Notes under the pieces: model-generated
What the model saw: the letters and a program-made list of their open reading frames with translations, nothing else
Database searches by the model: none
What the model was told of the DNA's origin: nothing
Translations under genes and position numbers: made by a program
Sequence record: SRR31156797_7069
Reading direction: 5' to 3' (one strand)
Length of the DNA stretch: 60,460 nucleotides
Shown here: positions 12,256 to 23,337 of the stretch, piece after piece
Layout: each line of letters starts with the position of its first letter
Numbering within the stretch: position 1 is the first letter of the stretch

Positions 12256-12669
12256 TTAAGGCAGTGTAATTCCGAACATTTGCCCTAGAACCACCCATGC
12301 TACGATTGGTGAAATAACCGCATTCACAGCCATAATTGTTATTTTTCTTTTAGTCAGTTCTTTTTCAATTAATAAAGGAATGGCAAATAAAAGAGGGACT
12401 GTAGCAATAAGGAATGCGTAGCCAGTGTTAGGGAAAACCTCGCCTAGTGCTTCCATAACCAAGATATAAACACTGATTAACGCGACGAAAATGTAAGCTT
12501 TATAATTTTCGTGATTAATAAGTGATTTAAAAGAGAAACCAGCAATACTTTGCGCGATGGTTTTTCTCTCTTTCACCAAGATCACAGCGAGTACAAAGAA
12601 GATACACGTGATAATTATCTTGGGGAAAAACCAATGCGATTCTGCAAAATCAATACTCACATTCAGCAT
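12256..12669 (-). CDS. tctB: Tripartite tricarboxylate transporter small subunit TctB
   Basis: Four TM helices, FFP near the N-terminus, C-terminal FGITLP; directly upstream of tctA. Confidence 0.85.
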   Translation of the reverse strand: MLNVSIDFAESHWFFPKIIITCIFFVLAVILVKERKTIAQSIAGFSFKSLINHENYKAYIFVALISVYILVMEALGEVFPNTGYAFLIATVPLLFAIPLLIEKELTKRKITIMAVNAVISPIVAWVVLGQMFGITLP

Positions 12670-12742
12670 AGCATTTTCCTTGTGTAGGGTAATTTAAGAG
12701 TTTTGATGCTAGTAGTATAGGGGGACACGATAGGTAGGCGCT

Positions 12743-12907
12743 TTATTCATATTTACAAAAATTCAATTAGTTCACCCATTTTTTTTGTACAAACAAACAA
12801 CGGGGTGTGACACCAACACAAACACCCTAACTTAATGTTTTAAAAGGATTAAATATCCAAACAAAAACACCATTTGAGGCATACCCGCTTTTTGTACGTT
12901 TGTACAA
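12743..12907. promoter_or_regulatory. Three TTGT-N8-ACAA-type palindromes, candidate CdaR operators upstream of tctB
   Basis: TTATTCATATTTACAA 12743-58, TTGTACAAACAAACAA 12785-800, TTGTACGTTTGTACAA 12892-907. Confidence 0.6.
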
Positions 12908-13014
12908 AGGCTTGTGATATTTTCACAAATATTAAGGCTCACAACTCGCTTATTTGAACTCATATACGCTACAAGCTGTTTGAGCAAATAAAGCGTAAAA
13001 ACGTATACATTGGG

Positions 13015-13045
13015 AAAAAAAAATGCCCACCGAAGTGGGCATTTT
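13015..13045 (-). terminator. Rho-independent terminator after tctC
   Basis: AAAATGCCCAC-CGAA-GTGGGCATTTT with a long A tract on +. Confidence 0.88.
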
Positions 13046-13071
13046 GCTATCTGTCGAGGACGAGTGACAGA

Positions 13072-14103
13072 TTAGTCTGTGATGTTTTCAAGAACCACTT
13101 TGTACTTGTCGTTCTTAGTTTTCAGGTGGTCATATGCCGCTTTAGAATCACGGAAGTTAGGTACAAAGAACGCTTTTTCCAATGTTTTTTGTACTTCACC
13201 TTCAGCAAAGATTTCTTTAAGAGCTTGGTCGATATAATCGATCTTGTCTTGAGGCATCCCTTTGTTGTACAAGAAGAAGAACTCTTTATCGAACGTAAAG
13301 TTTGTTGTTGCATCCATTGGTACTTGTACTTCCGGCTCAGCGTAAGAGTAGATTTGCTCTTTAGTTAAGCTACCAAAGCCATTTTTGTTTACGTTAGCAA
13401 TGGTATCTTTGGTTGAAGTTAACCAAATAAACTTCATTGCTTTTTGGTCTGAAGCGTCTAAACGAGTAAACTGTTCGTTCGCGGGTAAGCTACCTTGAAT
13501 AACATCCGCTAGGCCATCAAATAGCTGTTGGTTTTTATCTGCTTGAGATCCCGTGTTTACCGCTACAAAGTTTTTCTCTTTACCTGGGTATTTGAGTTTA
13601 ATCGCGTTCTTCATCGCACTGTAGCCGATTTCAGATACACCGCCTGGCTGAATCGCGACACGAATTGTTTCACCGTTACCGACCGCTTCGATAACATCAT
13701 CAAGCGTATTGTATGGTGACTTTTTCGGTACTAAGTACGCGTTCGCTGGGTTAATGGCAAAAGTAGGACCGATTTTGAACTCGTTAAAAATGTCGTAGTA
13801 GCCACGGGTGCCGTACAGGTTTCCTAGGTAAGACTGGTCATGGAAGATCATGATAGTACTGCCATTTTTAACACGGCGTAGAGTTTGGAATGCAGCACTC
13901 GAACCTACAGCATCAACCTTGATATTTGTGTCCAGTTTCTTAGCTAACGCTTCAGAAATAATCGCAGATGACTGGTAAGTATCACCACCGGTCGATTTTG
14001 AACCAATCACAACGCGAATATTGCCGAAATTTGGAGCACTCATCGCGACCATTGGTAAAGCCATCAAAGAAAGTGCAATTGCGTTCCTTACGAATTTTTT
14101 CAT
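13072..14103 (-). CDS. tctC: TctC/Bug-family periplasmic substrate-binding protein (divergent)
   Basis: Signal peptide MKKFVRNAIALSLMALPMVAMSA, STGGDT motif, VPKKSPYNTLDD; GAGG RBS before ATG 14103; linked to tctBA. Confidence 0.75.
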   Translation of the reverse strand: MKKFVRNAIALSLMALPMVAMSAPNFGNIRVVIGSKSTGGDTYQSSAIISEALAKKLDTNIKVDAVGSSAAFQTLRRVKNGSTIMIFHDQSYLGNLYGTRGYYDIFNEFKIGPTFAINPANAYLVPKKSPYNTLDDVIEAVGNGETIRVAIQPGGVSEIGYSAMKNAIKLKYPGKEKNFVAVNTGSQADKNQQLFDGLADVIQGSLPANEQFTRLDASDQKAMKFIWLTSTKDTIANVNKNGFGSLTKEQIYSYAEPEVQVPMDATTNFTFDKEFFFLYNKGMPQDKIDYIDQALKEIFAEGEVQKTLEKAFFVPNFRDSKAAYDHLKTKNDKYKVVLENITD

Positions 14104-14154
14104 AAATTCCTCTCGTTTCACTTATTTTAAAAATGTAGGTGTACTTATTTATAC

Positions 14155-15705
14155 TTAGGTAACTGGTGCTGGATTAAATACTGCTAGAGCGTTGTGCAGC
14201 CCCCACTGATCGGAGTAAGTTTTCTGCTCACCACTCGCCACTGCAATAACAGTGTTAAAAATTTCCCAACCCATTTCTTCCAGAGTTTGATCGCCGGTCG
14301 CAACGGTACCTGCGTCAATGTCCATTAAGTCATGCCAACGTTTCGCCAAAGGCGTTCTGGTGGCGACTTTAATGACAGGAACTGCCTCCAACCCATATGG
14401 TGTACCACGTCCAGTCGTGAATAATTGAACAGTGATTCCGGAAGAGACTTGCTGTGTACCACATACAAAATCACTCGCAGGCGTCGCTGCGTAGATAAGC
14501 CCTTTCTTCGTTGGACGTTGCCCAGGAGAAAGCACTTCTACGATTTTGCTGCTGCCCGATTTTGCAATGGAACCCAGAGCTTTTTCTACAACGTTAGCTA
14601 AACCTCCTTTTTTATTACCCGGAGACGGATTCTCTCTTCGGTCGGTTTGCCCTAAGCTTAGGTAATTGTCATACCAAGCCATTTCGTCCATTAAACGTTG
14701 GCCCACTTCTTTCGTTTCACATCGAGGACCAAGCAGATAAACCGCGTCACGTACTTCTGTTACTTCAGAGAACATGACGGTTGCGCCTGCGCGCACAAAT
14801 AAATCCGCCGCCACACCAACTGCAGGGTTTGCAGTAACACCAGAGAAGGCATCACTACCTCCACACTGGGTACCAACCACTAGTTCTGAAATCGGGCACT
14901 CTTCACGCTGGCGTTCATTCAATTTTTCTAAGTGTTTTTCTGCAGCTTGCAAAATACTGCGCACCATTGACTGAAAGCCAACATGGTTATCACTCTGTAA
15001 AGAGATAATGTCATCGGGATCAACACTGATACCTTGAACATCATCTGTTCCCTGAAGAAGCTTTTCAGGCTGTAATTTTTCACACCCTAAGCCAACCACC
15101 ATCACCTCACCACCGAAGTTCGGGTTAAGGGAAATATTGTGAATGGTTCGAATCGGAACAACCGCTGCTGGCGCATTAATCGCCACACCACAGCCATATA
15201 GATGGTTTAACCCAACAACACCGTCAACATTGGGGTATTTCGGTAGCAAATCACGCTTGATGATATTTACAACGTAGTCAACTACTCCAGCCACACAGTG
15301 AACACTGGTGGTTATGCCGAGTAAATTTTTCGTTCCCACACTGCCATCAGCATTGCGATAGCCTTTAAACGTGTAGCCTTCTAGAGGTGGTAAATCTGCC
15401 GGAACGGCGGTAGCAAGCGGGATATCTTCAAGAGGAGGAGCTTCGGGAATATCCACTAAAAACTCGTTGATCCATCCGCCGCGAGGAATTTGGGTGTTAG
15501 CGTAACCAATCACCTCACCGTAACGGCGAATTTTGTCACCAGGAACCAAATCCACCAAGGCAACTTTATGACCTTCTGGAATGTCTTCTTGCAGTTGAAA
15601 CTCATCGTTAAACAGAGTCCCTTTAGGTAACCCGCCATCATTTACAACAATCGCGACATTATCACTAGGATGAACTTTTATATACCGGGGCAACGTTTGA
15701 TTCAT
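14155..15705 (-). CDS. garD: Galactarate dehydratase
   Basis: SAF domain (DNVAIV, GHKVAL) plus UxaA/GarD core [23 protein letters not shown]; ends FNPAPVT. Confidence 0.95.
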   Translation of the reverse strand: MNQTLPRYIKVHPSDNVAIVVNDGGLPKGTLFNDEFQLQEDIPEGHKVALVDLVPGDKIRRYGEVIGYANTQIPRGGWINEFLVDIPEAPPLEDIPLATAVPADLPPLEGYTFKGYRNADGSVGTKNLLGITTSVHCVAGVVDYVVNIIKRDLLPKYPNVDGVVGLNHLYGCGVAINAPAAVVPIRTIHNISLNPNFGGEVMVVGLGCEKLQPEKLLQGTDDVQGISVDPDDIISLQSDNHVGFQSMVRSILQAAEKHLEKLNERQREECPISELVVGTQCGGSDAFSGVTANPAVGVAADLFVRAGATVMFSEVTEVRDAVYLLGPRCETKEVGQRLMDEMAWYDNYLSLGQTDRRENPSPGNKKGGLANVVEKALGSIAKSGSSKIVEVLSPGQRPTKKGLIYAATPASDFVCGTQQVSSGITVQLFTTGRGTPYGLEAVPVIKVATRTPLAKRWHDLMDIDAGTVATGDQTLEEMGWEIFNTVIAVASGEQKTYSDQWGLHNALAVFNPAPVT

Positions 15706-15812
15706 TTTATAAACTTCTTTCAGTGATGTTCTATGAAGTAAAAATTAGTCCATCATCGAAGCGCTTACATCATAAGTATTATCAAAACTTTTGCTTTTTA
15801 TTTAGACTGGTT

Positions 15813-16093
15813 TTGTTCAAAGTTACAAAATCGGAGATACAGCTCACAACCAACTCTAAATACTTGGAGCTTGATCTAACTTCTTGGAATAAAAATATTT
15901 TTTAATATTTAAAATAATTTTACATATAACGATCGATATCACAATAATCTCTCTAATAACGTTCATTTTTGTTCATATAAACATATGAAATTTCTATTGA
16001 TAAAAATCCATGCAACAACAAAATCTATCAGTTACAAAAATCAATCACTTAGTTTCAATTAATCTGATTTTTACTCATTGTAAATATTTACAA
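15813..16093. promoter_or_regulatory. Divergent garD/ghrB control region with TTGT-N8-ACAA palindromes and CRP-like sites
   Basis: TTGTTCAAAGTTACAA 15813-28, TTGTTCATATAAACAT 15969-84, perfect TTGTAAATATTTACAA 16078-93; GGAGA-N6-TCACA 15833-48, AACGA-N6-TCACA 15928-43. Confidence 0.6.
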
Positions 16094-16275
16094 ATACACC
16101 TTAAAAAACGAATGTTATACATTTACAACAAACTCACTATTCCACACATAAAATGTTACTCGTCCTCAACTGAGTTAGCGTTGATATAAGAAATTACCCA
16201 TACTTCGATTGTTTATCGTGAGTCATAAAGTAAATAGACGTTAACTTTCAAGTATCAGTTTTCTAGGAGAAAGAA

Positions 16276-17250
16276 ATGAAAAAAGAAGTTGTCCTTTATC
16301 GCCCAATACCTGAATCTGAATTAAAGCGTTTACAAGCCCACTTTAATGTCACTGTATTTGATGGCGTAGACCAACAAAACGTAGAGCAATTTACTCATGC
16401 GCTTGCAAAAGCAGAAGGCGTCATAGGATCGAGTCTGGCTCTGCCGGATGAATTACTCGAGAAAGCTCCTAACTTAAAAGCCATTTCCACCATCTCTGTA
16501 GGTTTTGATCAATTCGGCCTTGATTACCTGAATCAGCGTCAAATTGCATTAATGCACACTCCTGGTGTTCTTGATGAAACTGTTGCTGATACCGTCATTT
16601 TGTTGGCTTTAGGTGCTGCGCGTAGAGCTGGCGAGTTGTCTAATATGGTGAAAAACGGTCGCTGGACTGAAAACCTCACCGCAGATCTTTTTGGCGTTGA
16701 TTTACACCATAAAACAATGGGCATAGTCGGTATGGGGCGTATTGGATATGCCGTCGCTCAACGAGCACACATGGGATTCGGTATGAACATTTGCTATCAC
16801 AACCGCTCTGAGAATCCTGATGCAGAACAAGATTTTTCAGCTCAGCGCTTACCTTTAGACGACCTACTTAAAACTTCAGACTTTGTGGTCGTTCTTGTAC
16901 CGTTAAGCCCAGCGACAGAAAAAATGTTTGGCTCTGATCAATTTGAGATGATGAAATCAACCGGAATTTTTATCAATGCCGCTCGCGGAAAAGTCGTGGA
17001 TGAGAATGCGCTGATCAAGGCGCTTGAAAGCAAAACCATACTCGCAGCTGGTTTAGATGTGTTCGAAGTAGAGCCTCTTTCCCCTACTTCCCCACTCAAT
17101 CAGCTTGATAACGCTTTCTTACTGCCACATATCGGTTCAGCGACAGCCGAAACCCGTCACAGCATGGTCACCTGTGCAGTCAACAACTTAATCGCAGCGT
17201 TAAACGGTGACTATTCACAAAACTGCGCGAACAAAGATTCTCTTATTTAA
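16276..17250 (+). CDS. ghrB: D-2-hydroxyacid dehydrogenase, glyoxylate/hydroxypyruvate reductase B-like
   Basis: GIVGMGRIG, INAARG, GLDVFEVEP, PHIGSAT motifs. Confidence 0.8.
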   Translation: MKKEVVLYRPIPESELKRLQAHFNVTVFDGVDQQNVEQFTHALAKAEGVIGSSLALPDELLEKAPNLKAISTISVGFDQFGLDYLNQRQIALMHTPGVLDETVADTVILLALGAARRAGELSNMVKNGRWTENLTADLFGVDLHHKTMGIVGMGRIGYAVAQRAHMGFGMNICYHNRSENPDAEQDFSAQRLPLDDLLKTSDFVVVLVPLSPATEKMFGSDQFEMMKSTGIFINAARGKVVDENALIKALESKTILAAGLDVFEVEPLSPTSPLNQLDNAFLLPHIGSATAETRHSMVTCAVNNLIAALNGDYSQNCANKDSLI

Positions 17251-17275
17251 CGGCAAAGCACTGCTTTCTAATATC

Positions 17276-17307
17276 AGCAGGTTTCATCATACAAAATGAA
17301 ACCTGCT
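17276..17307 (+). terminator. Hairpin after the ghrB-like gene
   Basis: AGCAGGTTTCAT...ATGAAACCTGCT 12-bp stem; no clear U-tract. Confidence 0.55.
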
Positions 17308-17634
17308 AACCAGAAAAAAATGTGATCAACCCTACTTTCATTAATAGTTTTATTCATACTTTCATCCAAAGTTTAAAATCACAACTAAAGTAAAACAAAG
17401 AATAACAAACTCGTTAACCTCTAAGTCAGTTGATATTGATGGGATGAAAACATGGTCAAAATACGTACTCAGCAAAAGCGATACCTGTACGACATTTTCC
17501 TTACCCGACCATTATTGATAAAACCAATATTAAGTTAGATCAATATCTCTTATGTTGTCCTGTTCTAAGTTAGCGCGATAAGTCCTTTGGCTAAGATCAA
17601 AGGTATAAACAATAAAAACATTCATCCGTAAGGC

Positions 17635-19677
17635 ATGTCTATGATCCAATACTACAAAAACAAGAGCGTAGGTTTTCAATTAAAATCAGTGATTACACTG
17701 TGCTTAATTGTCGCATTTATGTGTATTGCTGTACTCGTATACCGAAACGCTTCACAAGTTCTTTTAGATACCACTTTAAAAGAGCAGCAATCTAAAATCG
17801 AAGCAATGGGAAAAACGATTGAAGGGCAATATACCGCCTACTTAAATACCGTTCGCATTTTAGAATCCACTTTTCGTGCTGGTTATTTAGAAGGCTTATA
17901 TGTGGAAGATAACTTGGTTCCATTTAATGGCTATCAAGTACGTGATATTACAATATGGGGTGAGAGTTTAATTAGTGATACGCGCAAGCCAGATAGTTTC
18001 ACCGAAGCTACCGGAGCAGTAGCGACCGTATTTGCACCAGTGGGCGACGATTGGATTCGCATCACCACCTCTTTACGTAATGAAGAGGGTAAAAGAGAAA
18101 TTGGGACACTATTAGGTAAAACTCACCCCGCTTACAGTAAGATAATGCAAGGTGAAGCTTACTATGATGTTGTGGGTGTTTCTGGCACCAATTTTATCGC
18201 CTATTACGCGCCAGTAATGAACGACGAAGGTGAAACCATCGCCATTACCGTTGTCGCTTTACCTGTTGAAGATGCCACTCAGGAGATCTTCGACGCCCTC
18301 AATGCTGTCAACTGGGGTGATACTGGCTACACCATCGTGCTCGACAATGAACAAGATAACCTTGGACACTACCTGCTTCACCCTAAGTTTAAGCCAACAG
18401 ACCCGTCTATCATCGACGTTGCCGATTATGAAGGTAACAAACCTTTTGCCGCGCTGTTTGAACAAGATAGCGGGATCATGATGTACCCTTGGGAGTTCAA
18501 TGGTTCCATTGGTGAGAAGTACATCGTTTACACCACCGTTCCGGGATGGAACTGGAAGCTTCTCGGCGGGACGTTTGTCCATGAAGTCACCAAAGAGAGC
18601 AACGAACTGCTAAAACTCATCGCCATTATTTCATTAATTATTGGCGCTGTAACATTTGGCATTATGACTATTTTCATTAACCGCAGTACTCAACCGCTAG
18701 CGACACTCACAGGCTTCATGGAACGTTTAGGCGATGGCGAAGTGAGTATTCAAGTTGAACAAGGTCGTGACGATTCTCAGAATGAAATTACCCGCTTAAC
18801 CAACAGTGTGAGCCAAATGGCAAACCGTTTAAATTCGTTGGTCAATGATATTCGCACCACCAGCGACCAGGTTGACACTCAGTCCAACAGCGTACTGAAC
18901 GACGCACAAACTAACTTAAGCCAATCAGATGCACAGCAGCACCAAGCCGAGCAAGTGGTCACAGCAATCGAAGAGATGGCAACATCAGCTAAATCGGTTG
19001 CCCAACAAGTTGAAGCCATTGCTGAAAATGTGCGTCAAGCAGACATCAACACCCAAAGCGGCCTACAAGTGGTTGAAGAAGTGTGTATTGATGTTGCACA
19101 GCTTAATGATCAGTTAGACCAGTCATCGAAAGCGATCGATCGGGTTAATGAAGATAGCAATAGTATTCAAAGTGTGACCAAAATGATTGATGATATTGCT
19201 GAGCAAACTAACCTACTTGCTTTAAATGCAGCGATTGAAGCCGCTCGTGCAGGAGAACAAGGCCGTGGGTTCGCTGTGGTTGCAGACGAAGTACGAACGT
19301 TAGCGCACCGCACACAAGTCTCAGTTAAAGATGTGGTCGAAATTATCGACAAGCTAAAAACCTCAACCAGCAACGCGGTATCTTTGATGCATCAGAGTCA
19401 GCAAAATTCCAATCAAGTGCTGGATAAAGCACAAGAAGCAGGTAGCGCTTTAGAATCTGTTGCGGTACAAGTTCGCGGTATTTCTAGCCAGTCTGAAGCG
19501 ATTGCAACGACCGCTGAGCAGCAGGCGCAAGTTTCTCAAGAAGTGGCAGCAAGCGCTTCTGAGATATCGACACTCAATACCCAAAGTCGAGAAACCAGTG
19601 CGCAAACATCACACAGTGCAGAGCAATTGTCTGAACTGTCGAAACACCTCAAGCAACAGGTGGGTTTCTTCCACTAA
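17635..19677 (+). CDS. Methyl-accepting chemotaxis protein with Cache_3-Cache_2-like sensor (MCP-3)
   Basis: TM-periplasmic domain (ATVFA...RITTSL...GKREIGTLL...HPAY)-TM-HAMP-MCP signalling motif. Confidence 0.93.
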   Translation: MSMIQYYKNKSVGFQLKSVITLCLIVAFMCIAVLVYRNASQVLLDTTLKEQQSKIEAMGKTIEGQYTAYLNTVRILESTFRAGYLEGLYVEDNLVPFNGYQVRDITIWGESLISDTRKPDSFTEATGAVATVFAPVGDDWIRITTSLRNEEGKREIGTLLGKTHPAYSKIMQGEAYYDVVGVSGTNFIAYYAPVMNDEGETIAITVVALPVEDATQEIFDALNAVNWGDTGYTIVLDNEQDNLGHYLLHPKFKPTDPSIIDVADYEGNKPFAALFEQDSGIMMYPWEFNGSIGEKYIVYTTVPGWNWKLLGGTFVHEVTKESNELLKLIAIISLIIGAVTFGIMTIFINRSTQPLATLTGFMERLGDGEVSIQVEQGRDDSQNEITRLTNSVSQMANRLNSLVNDIRTTSDQVDTQSNSVLNDAQTNLSQSDAQQHQAEQVVTAIEEMATSAKSVAQQVEAIAENVRQADINTQSGLQVVEEVCIDVAQLNDQLDQSSKAIDRVNEDSNSIQSVTKMIDDIAEQTNLLALNAAIEAARAGEQGRGFAVVADEVRTLAHRTQVSVKDVVEIIDKLKTSTSNAVSLMHQSQQNSNQVLDKAQEAGSALESVAVQVRGISSQSEAIATTAEQQAQVSQEVAASASEISTLNTQSRETSAQTSHSAEQLSELSKHLKQQVGFFH

Positions 19678-19695
19678 TTATCAGCGAACCAAACC

Positions 19696-19724
19696 AAAGA
19701 GCCGCTATTTCCTAGCGGCTCTTT
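19696..19724. terminator. Bidirectional terminator
   Basis: AAAGAGCCGCTA-TTTCC-TAGCGGCTCTTT between convergent genes. Confidence 0.8.
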
Positions 19725-19753
19725 CTATTACACTTTATTAAACAAGTGACGTG

Positions 19754-20593
19754 TTATCTCATACCAATACGGCCTTCGAACTCGTTGCAAGGAGCAGGAA
19801 AAGCTTGGTTTAATAACTCAATATCTTGCGCTGACAAACAGATATTTGCTGAATCCAAATTCTCTTTCACTCTGGCAACATTGCTGGATTTAGGTATTGC
19901 AACAACACCGGGCTGATGAAGTAACCAAGCCAGAGCAATTTGAGCGGGTGTCGCATTGTGACGCTCGCCAATAGCTTGCAAAACAGGTTCAGATAGCAAT
20001 GCACCTTGAGCCAATGGGCAATAAGCCATCATCGACATCCCCTTGCTATCACACATCGGCTTCACCGCCCATTCCGGTTCTCGTTGCGATAAGTTATAAA
20101 GAACTTGATCGGTTGCACAAAGCCCCTGAGTATCTGCAGCACAAAAGTCAGCTAAGTCATCGACATCGAGGTTACTTACGCCATAGTCTCGGATTTTCCC
20201 CTGCTCTTTCAACAGGTACAAGGCTTCTAATGTTTCCTCAAACGGAACTGAACCCATCCAATGCAAGAGATACATATCAAGGTAGTCGGTTTTCAAACGA
20301 CGTAAGCTTCGCTCACAAGCTGTGATGACACCTTTTCTCGATGCGTTATAAGGGTAAAACTTGCTGACTAAATATAATTGATCGCGGAACCCTTGCATGG
20401 CTTCACCAGCAATGCTCTCTGCTTCACCATCTCCGTACATTTCAGCGCAATCAACCAAGCGCGCCCCATACTCTATACCAAATCGTAGTGCCTCAACTTC
20501 TTGCTGCCGAGTGCGTGGGTTCTCTCCCATATACCAAGTTCCCAGACCTAATCGAGGCATCGGGTTTCCACTTGGCAAAATAAAATCGTTCAT
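19754..20593 (-). CDS. Aldo/keto reductase (YeaE-like)
   Basis: LGLGTWYMGE, DCAEMYG, SK, LLHW, GVSN, IPKSS; GGAGGAG RBS before ATG 20593. Confidence 0.9.
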   Translation of the reverse strand: MNDFILPSGNPMPRLGLGTWYMGENPRTRQQEVEALRFGIEYGARLVDCAEMYGDGEAESIAGEAMQGFRDQLYLVSKFYPYNASRKGVITACERSLRRLKTDYLDMYLLHWMGSVPFEETLEALYLLKEQGKIRDYGVSNLDVDDLADFCAADTQGLCATDQVLYNLSQREPEWAVKPMCDSKGMSMMAYCPLAQGALLSEPVLQAIGERHNATPAQIALAWLLHQPGVVAIPKSSNVARVKENLDSANICLSAQDIELLNQAFPAPCNEFEGRIGMR

Positions 20594-20749
20594 TGAGTGA
20601 CTCCTCCATACAACCGCATACTGGTTACTTAGCATAGTCGTGAACGAAACCAACATGTTGGGCAACTTCGATAACTATGAAGTCTATGAGTTTTTTTGTA
20701 GGAACAAACAAAAAAGGGACAACGAACTTCACTATTAACAAGAAAATCA

Positions 20750-20768
20750 AATGATAATAGTTTGCATG
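20750..20768. promoter_or_regulatory. Fur box-like site upstream of the ABC substrate-binding gene
   Basis: AATGATAATAGTTTGCATG resembles AATGATAATNATTATCATT. Confidence 0.65.
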
Positions 20769-20870
20769 TGCATTTGTTTTAGCAATATAATCAGTACCCG
20801 TCGATACAAACACGACATCGTTCACAACAAGTTAGCTCTATTTAATAAGAACAATTAAAGGTTCCATTTC

Positions 20871-21953
20871 ATGATACAAAAACTGCTTAGCCTTAGTGCG
20901 CTCTTAGTTGCTTCAACTAGCTTTGCACAAACCACAACGGTTACCGATATTCTTGATCGCCAAGTAACATTCGATTCTCCCGCCCAGCGTGTCGTTGTTG
21001 GTTTTTATCCAGAAGACTACATGGCTATCGGCACTGAATCGGCCTATGACAATGTTGTCGGCATGTCTAAATACATTTGGCAAGCTCGCTCTGCCAACTG
21101 GGAAATGAATGTTAAACACCGTCCTTCTCTCGACAGTATTCCAGGTATCGGCCGTGTTGATACCAACACCTTTTCCGTAGAGAAAGTGATTAGCTTGAGA
21201 CCGGATCTAATTATGCTGGCTGACTGGCAATACAAAGGTCTAGGCAGTGATATCCAACGTCTTGAAAGCGCAGGTATCCCTATTGTGGTGGTTGATTACA
21301 ACGCACAAACCCTTGAGCGCCATATGAAGAGTACTCAACTGATTGGTGAGATTACGGGTCAACAAGAGCGTGCCGCAACAATCGCCAATGAATATAAGCA
21401 AAATTTGGAGATGATCACCGAGCGTCTCGAAAAAGCTAACTTGCCAAAACCTAAGGTCTACACCGAATACGGTGCAGCAGGTGTTAACGAAGTGGGTTAC
21501 ACATTCGGCAAAAACATGTGGGGCGCAATTTCAACCATGGCTGGTGGCGATAACATTTCAGCACCTTACGTCGAGTGGTGGGGCAAGCTAAATCCAGAGC
21601 AAATCATCGCTGCTAACCCAGATGTGATTGTGATGACAGGCTACGAAACAGGGACGGGTGCAGATTCAATGATCATGGGTCAAGGTGTTCAGGAGAACGA
21701 TGCCAAACAACGCCTAGAAGGGTTTAAGCAACGTACTGGCTGGTCATCAATCAAAGCTGTGAAAAACAACCGTATGTACGGCGCATACCACGGTGCATGT
21801 CGTACGATTATTGACGGTGCAATGATTCAGTTCTATGCCAAAGCTATGTATCCAGAGCTATTTGCCGATCTTGATCCAAACAAAGCGTATCAAGAGTTCT
21901 ACCGGAAATACATGCCAGTAACGCCGGAAGGTACTTTTATTACTGAGCTGTAA
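20871..21953 (+). CDS. Iron-chelate ABC transporter substrate-binding protein (FepB/BtuF-type fold)
   Basis: Signal peptide, VTDILDRQV...PAQRVV, SVEKVISLRPDL, EQIIAANPDVI, AVKNNRMY. Confidence 0.85.
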   Translation: MIQKLLSLSALLVASTSFAQTTTVTDILDRQVTFDSPAQRVVVGFYPEDYMAIGTESAYDNVVGMSKYIWQARSANWEMNVKHRPSLDSIPGIGRVDTNTFSVEKVISLRPDLIMLADWQYKGLGSDIQRLESAGIPIVVVDYNAQTLERHMKSTQLIGEITGQQERAATIANEYKQNLEMITERLEKANLPKPKVYTEYGAAGVNEVGYTFGKNMWGAISTMAGGDNISAPYVEWWGKLNPEQIIAANPDVIVMTGYETGTGADSMIMGQGVQENDAKQRLEGFKQRTGWSSIKAVKNNRMYGAYHGACRTIIDGAMIQFYAKAMYPELFADLDPNKAYQEFYRKYMPVTPEGTFITEL

Positions 21954-21988
21954 GTGATTGCTGCGTAACTAAGCAAATTAGAATCGAT

Positions 21989-22023
21989 AAAAGCCAGTAC
22001 ATCAGTACTGGCTTTTGCTTTTT
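21989..22023. terminator. Bidirectional terminator
   Basis: AAAAGCCAGTAC-ATCA-GTACTGGCTTTT. Confidence 0.85.
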
Positions 22024-22035
22024 CAACAGGACGGT

Positions 22036-22734
22036 TTAATCAAATAGAGGAGACATTTTGCACGCAATAATATCTTCTCCGTTATATTCAGTTTTAGTCA
22101 ACAGTTCACCACCTTGAATAGTAATGTCTTTAATGCCCATTTTGTTCATATCTTCAACTGAGTAGAACCACCCTTCAGCAAATCTCTGTTTCTGACAACT
22201 TTCTGTCTTGGTTTGACCATAAGTCGCTATTTGTGGGTCAACCCCAATGGTATTGTAAAAAGCCTGCTCTCTGATACGAACCCTATTCAGATACACAAAA
22301 AAGTCTTCTCTATATTCATGTGGCACAGTTTCACGCCACATGTCATCTTCCTGCATTGCTCCACCGTGCCAAGCAACCATTGAGTCTCTCTTAATCACAA
22401 CTTTCTTGGCTGCTGGCAAAATATAATTGGCGCAAGCTGAAAAACATAGCTTCCGGACATCCACATCCAGATTCTTTTCTTTGATAAAGTATCCAAACTC
22501 AATCCCTGCAGCAATATCTCCACCAGGGCTGGTGATAATGAGTTTTGTAATCGGTTTTTCACTGGTTCTTGCTAGCCGCATTGCCCTTAATACAGCCTCT
22601 CCATTTATCGCCCCATCATAGATAAGTGTTTGGTTAACCGTCGTGATATTTTCGTCGCCTGGATAAAGGACAGGCTGAGAGGAACAACCTGATAAGAATA
22701 AGGCGATAATAAATAGCTTAATTTTAAAAGACAT
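22036..22734 (-). CDS. Lipoprotein with ClpP/S49-like fold
   Basis: Lipobox FLSGC; YDGAI, ITSPGGD, CFSACA and AWHG echo ClpP INSPGG, the Ser nucleophile and the His. Confidence 0.6.
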   Translation of the reverse strand: MSFKIKLFIIALFLSGCSSQPVLYPGDENITTVNQTLIYDGAINGEAVLRAMRLARTSEKPITKLIITSPGGDIAAGIEFGYFIKEKNLDVDVRKLCFSACANYILPAAKKVVIKRDSMVAWHGGAMQEDDMWRETVPHEYREDFFVYLNRVRIREQAFYNTIGVDPQIATYGQTKTESCQKQRFAEGWFYSVEDMNKMGIKDITIQGGELLTKTEYNGEDIIACKMSPLFD

Positions 22735-23278
22735 GGAGATACTCCTTTACTGTTTGGCCGCTTTATAAAACTGATTCTAAATAGAAAGCCTGAGATCTCA
22801 TGTTTTAAGTCCTAATATGATAAACATCATTTGATCTATTAAATCGAAATTAAATATTAAATTAAGGAAACAGCCCTCTCACTCCCTTCTGCACAATTTG
22901 CTAAAAATCAGTTAAATATACATAATATTAAATATATTTATGCACAGAATTAGTATAACGAAAACACTATACTGCAACCTTTATGATCCACCTCAAGACC
23001 TTAAGTTCCGACAAATAGTTACCATTAATATAACCATTTAAAATCAATAGGTTATGCGACAAACAATCTAACTTACGAAACATAAAATATATAGTGAATA
23101 TTCTGTGACCAAAGTTAATGAATTTATTTCTTATTCATATTTCACAAACATAGGTTCAAGTAATGTTTGATTTGGACTAAACAATTAAAAGGTGCATAAC
23201 TAATAAGATTGGCTAGGTAGAGGTGGGACATATTATGGAAACGAACTAGTACAGTTTATTGAAACGGTACTATGATAT

Positions 23279-23311
23279 TAAAAATGCCAGAGTTTGGTCA
23301 CTCTGGCATTT
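23279..23311 (-). terminator. Terminator after the ABC ATPase gene
   Basis: AAATGCCAGAGT...ACTCTGGCATTT stem with an A tract on +. Confidence 0.8.
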
Positions 23312-23337
23312 ATTAATTAAGAGACAAAAACCCTAGG

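Noticed and set aside
12912-12928. CRP site TTGTGA-TATTT-TCACAA
   Set aside because: The spacer is 5 bp rather than 6, so it is not a canonical CRP site; function unassigned
17513-17532. LuxR/HapR box upstream of MCP-3
   Set aside because: Only the left half (TATTGATAAA) matches; too weak in AT-rich DNA
20666-20870. Cobalamin riboswitch / btuF assignment for the ABC SBP
   Set aside because: No B12 box seen; Fur-like boxes favour an iron substrate
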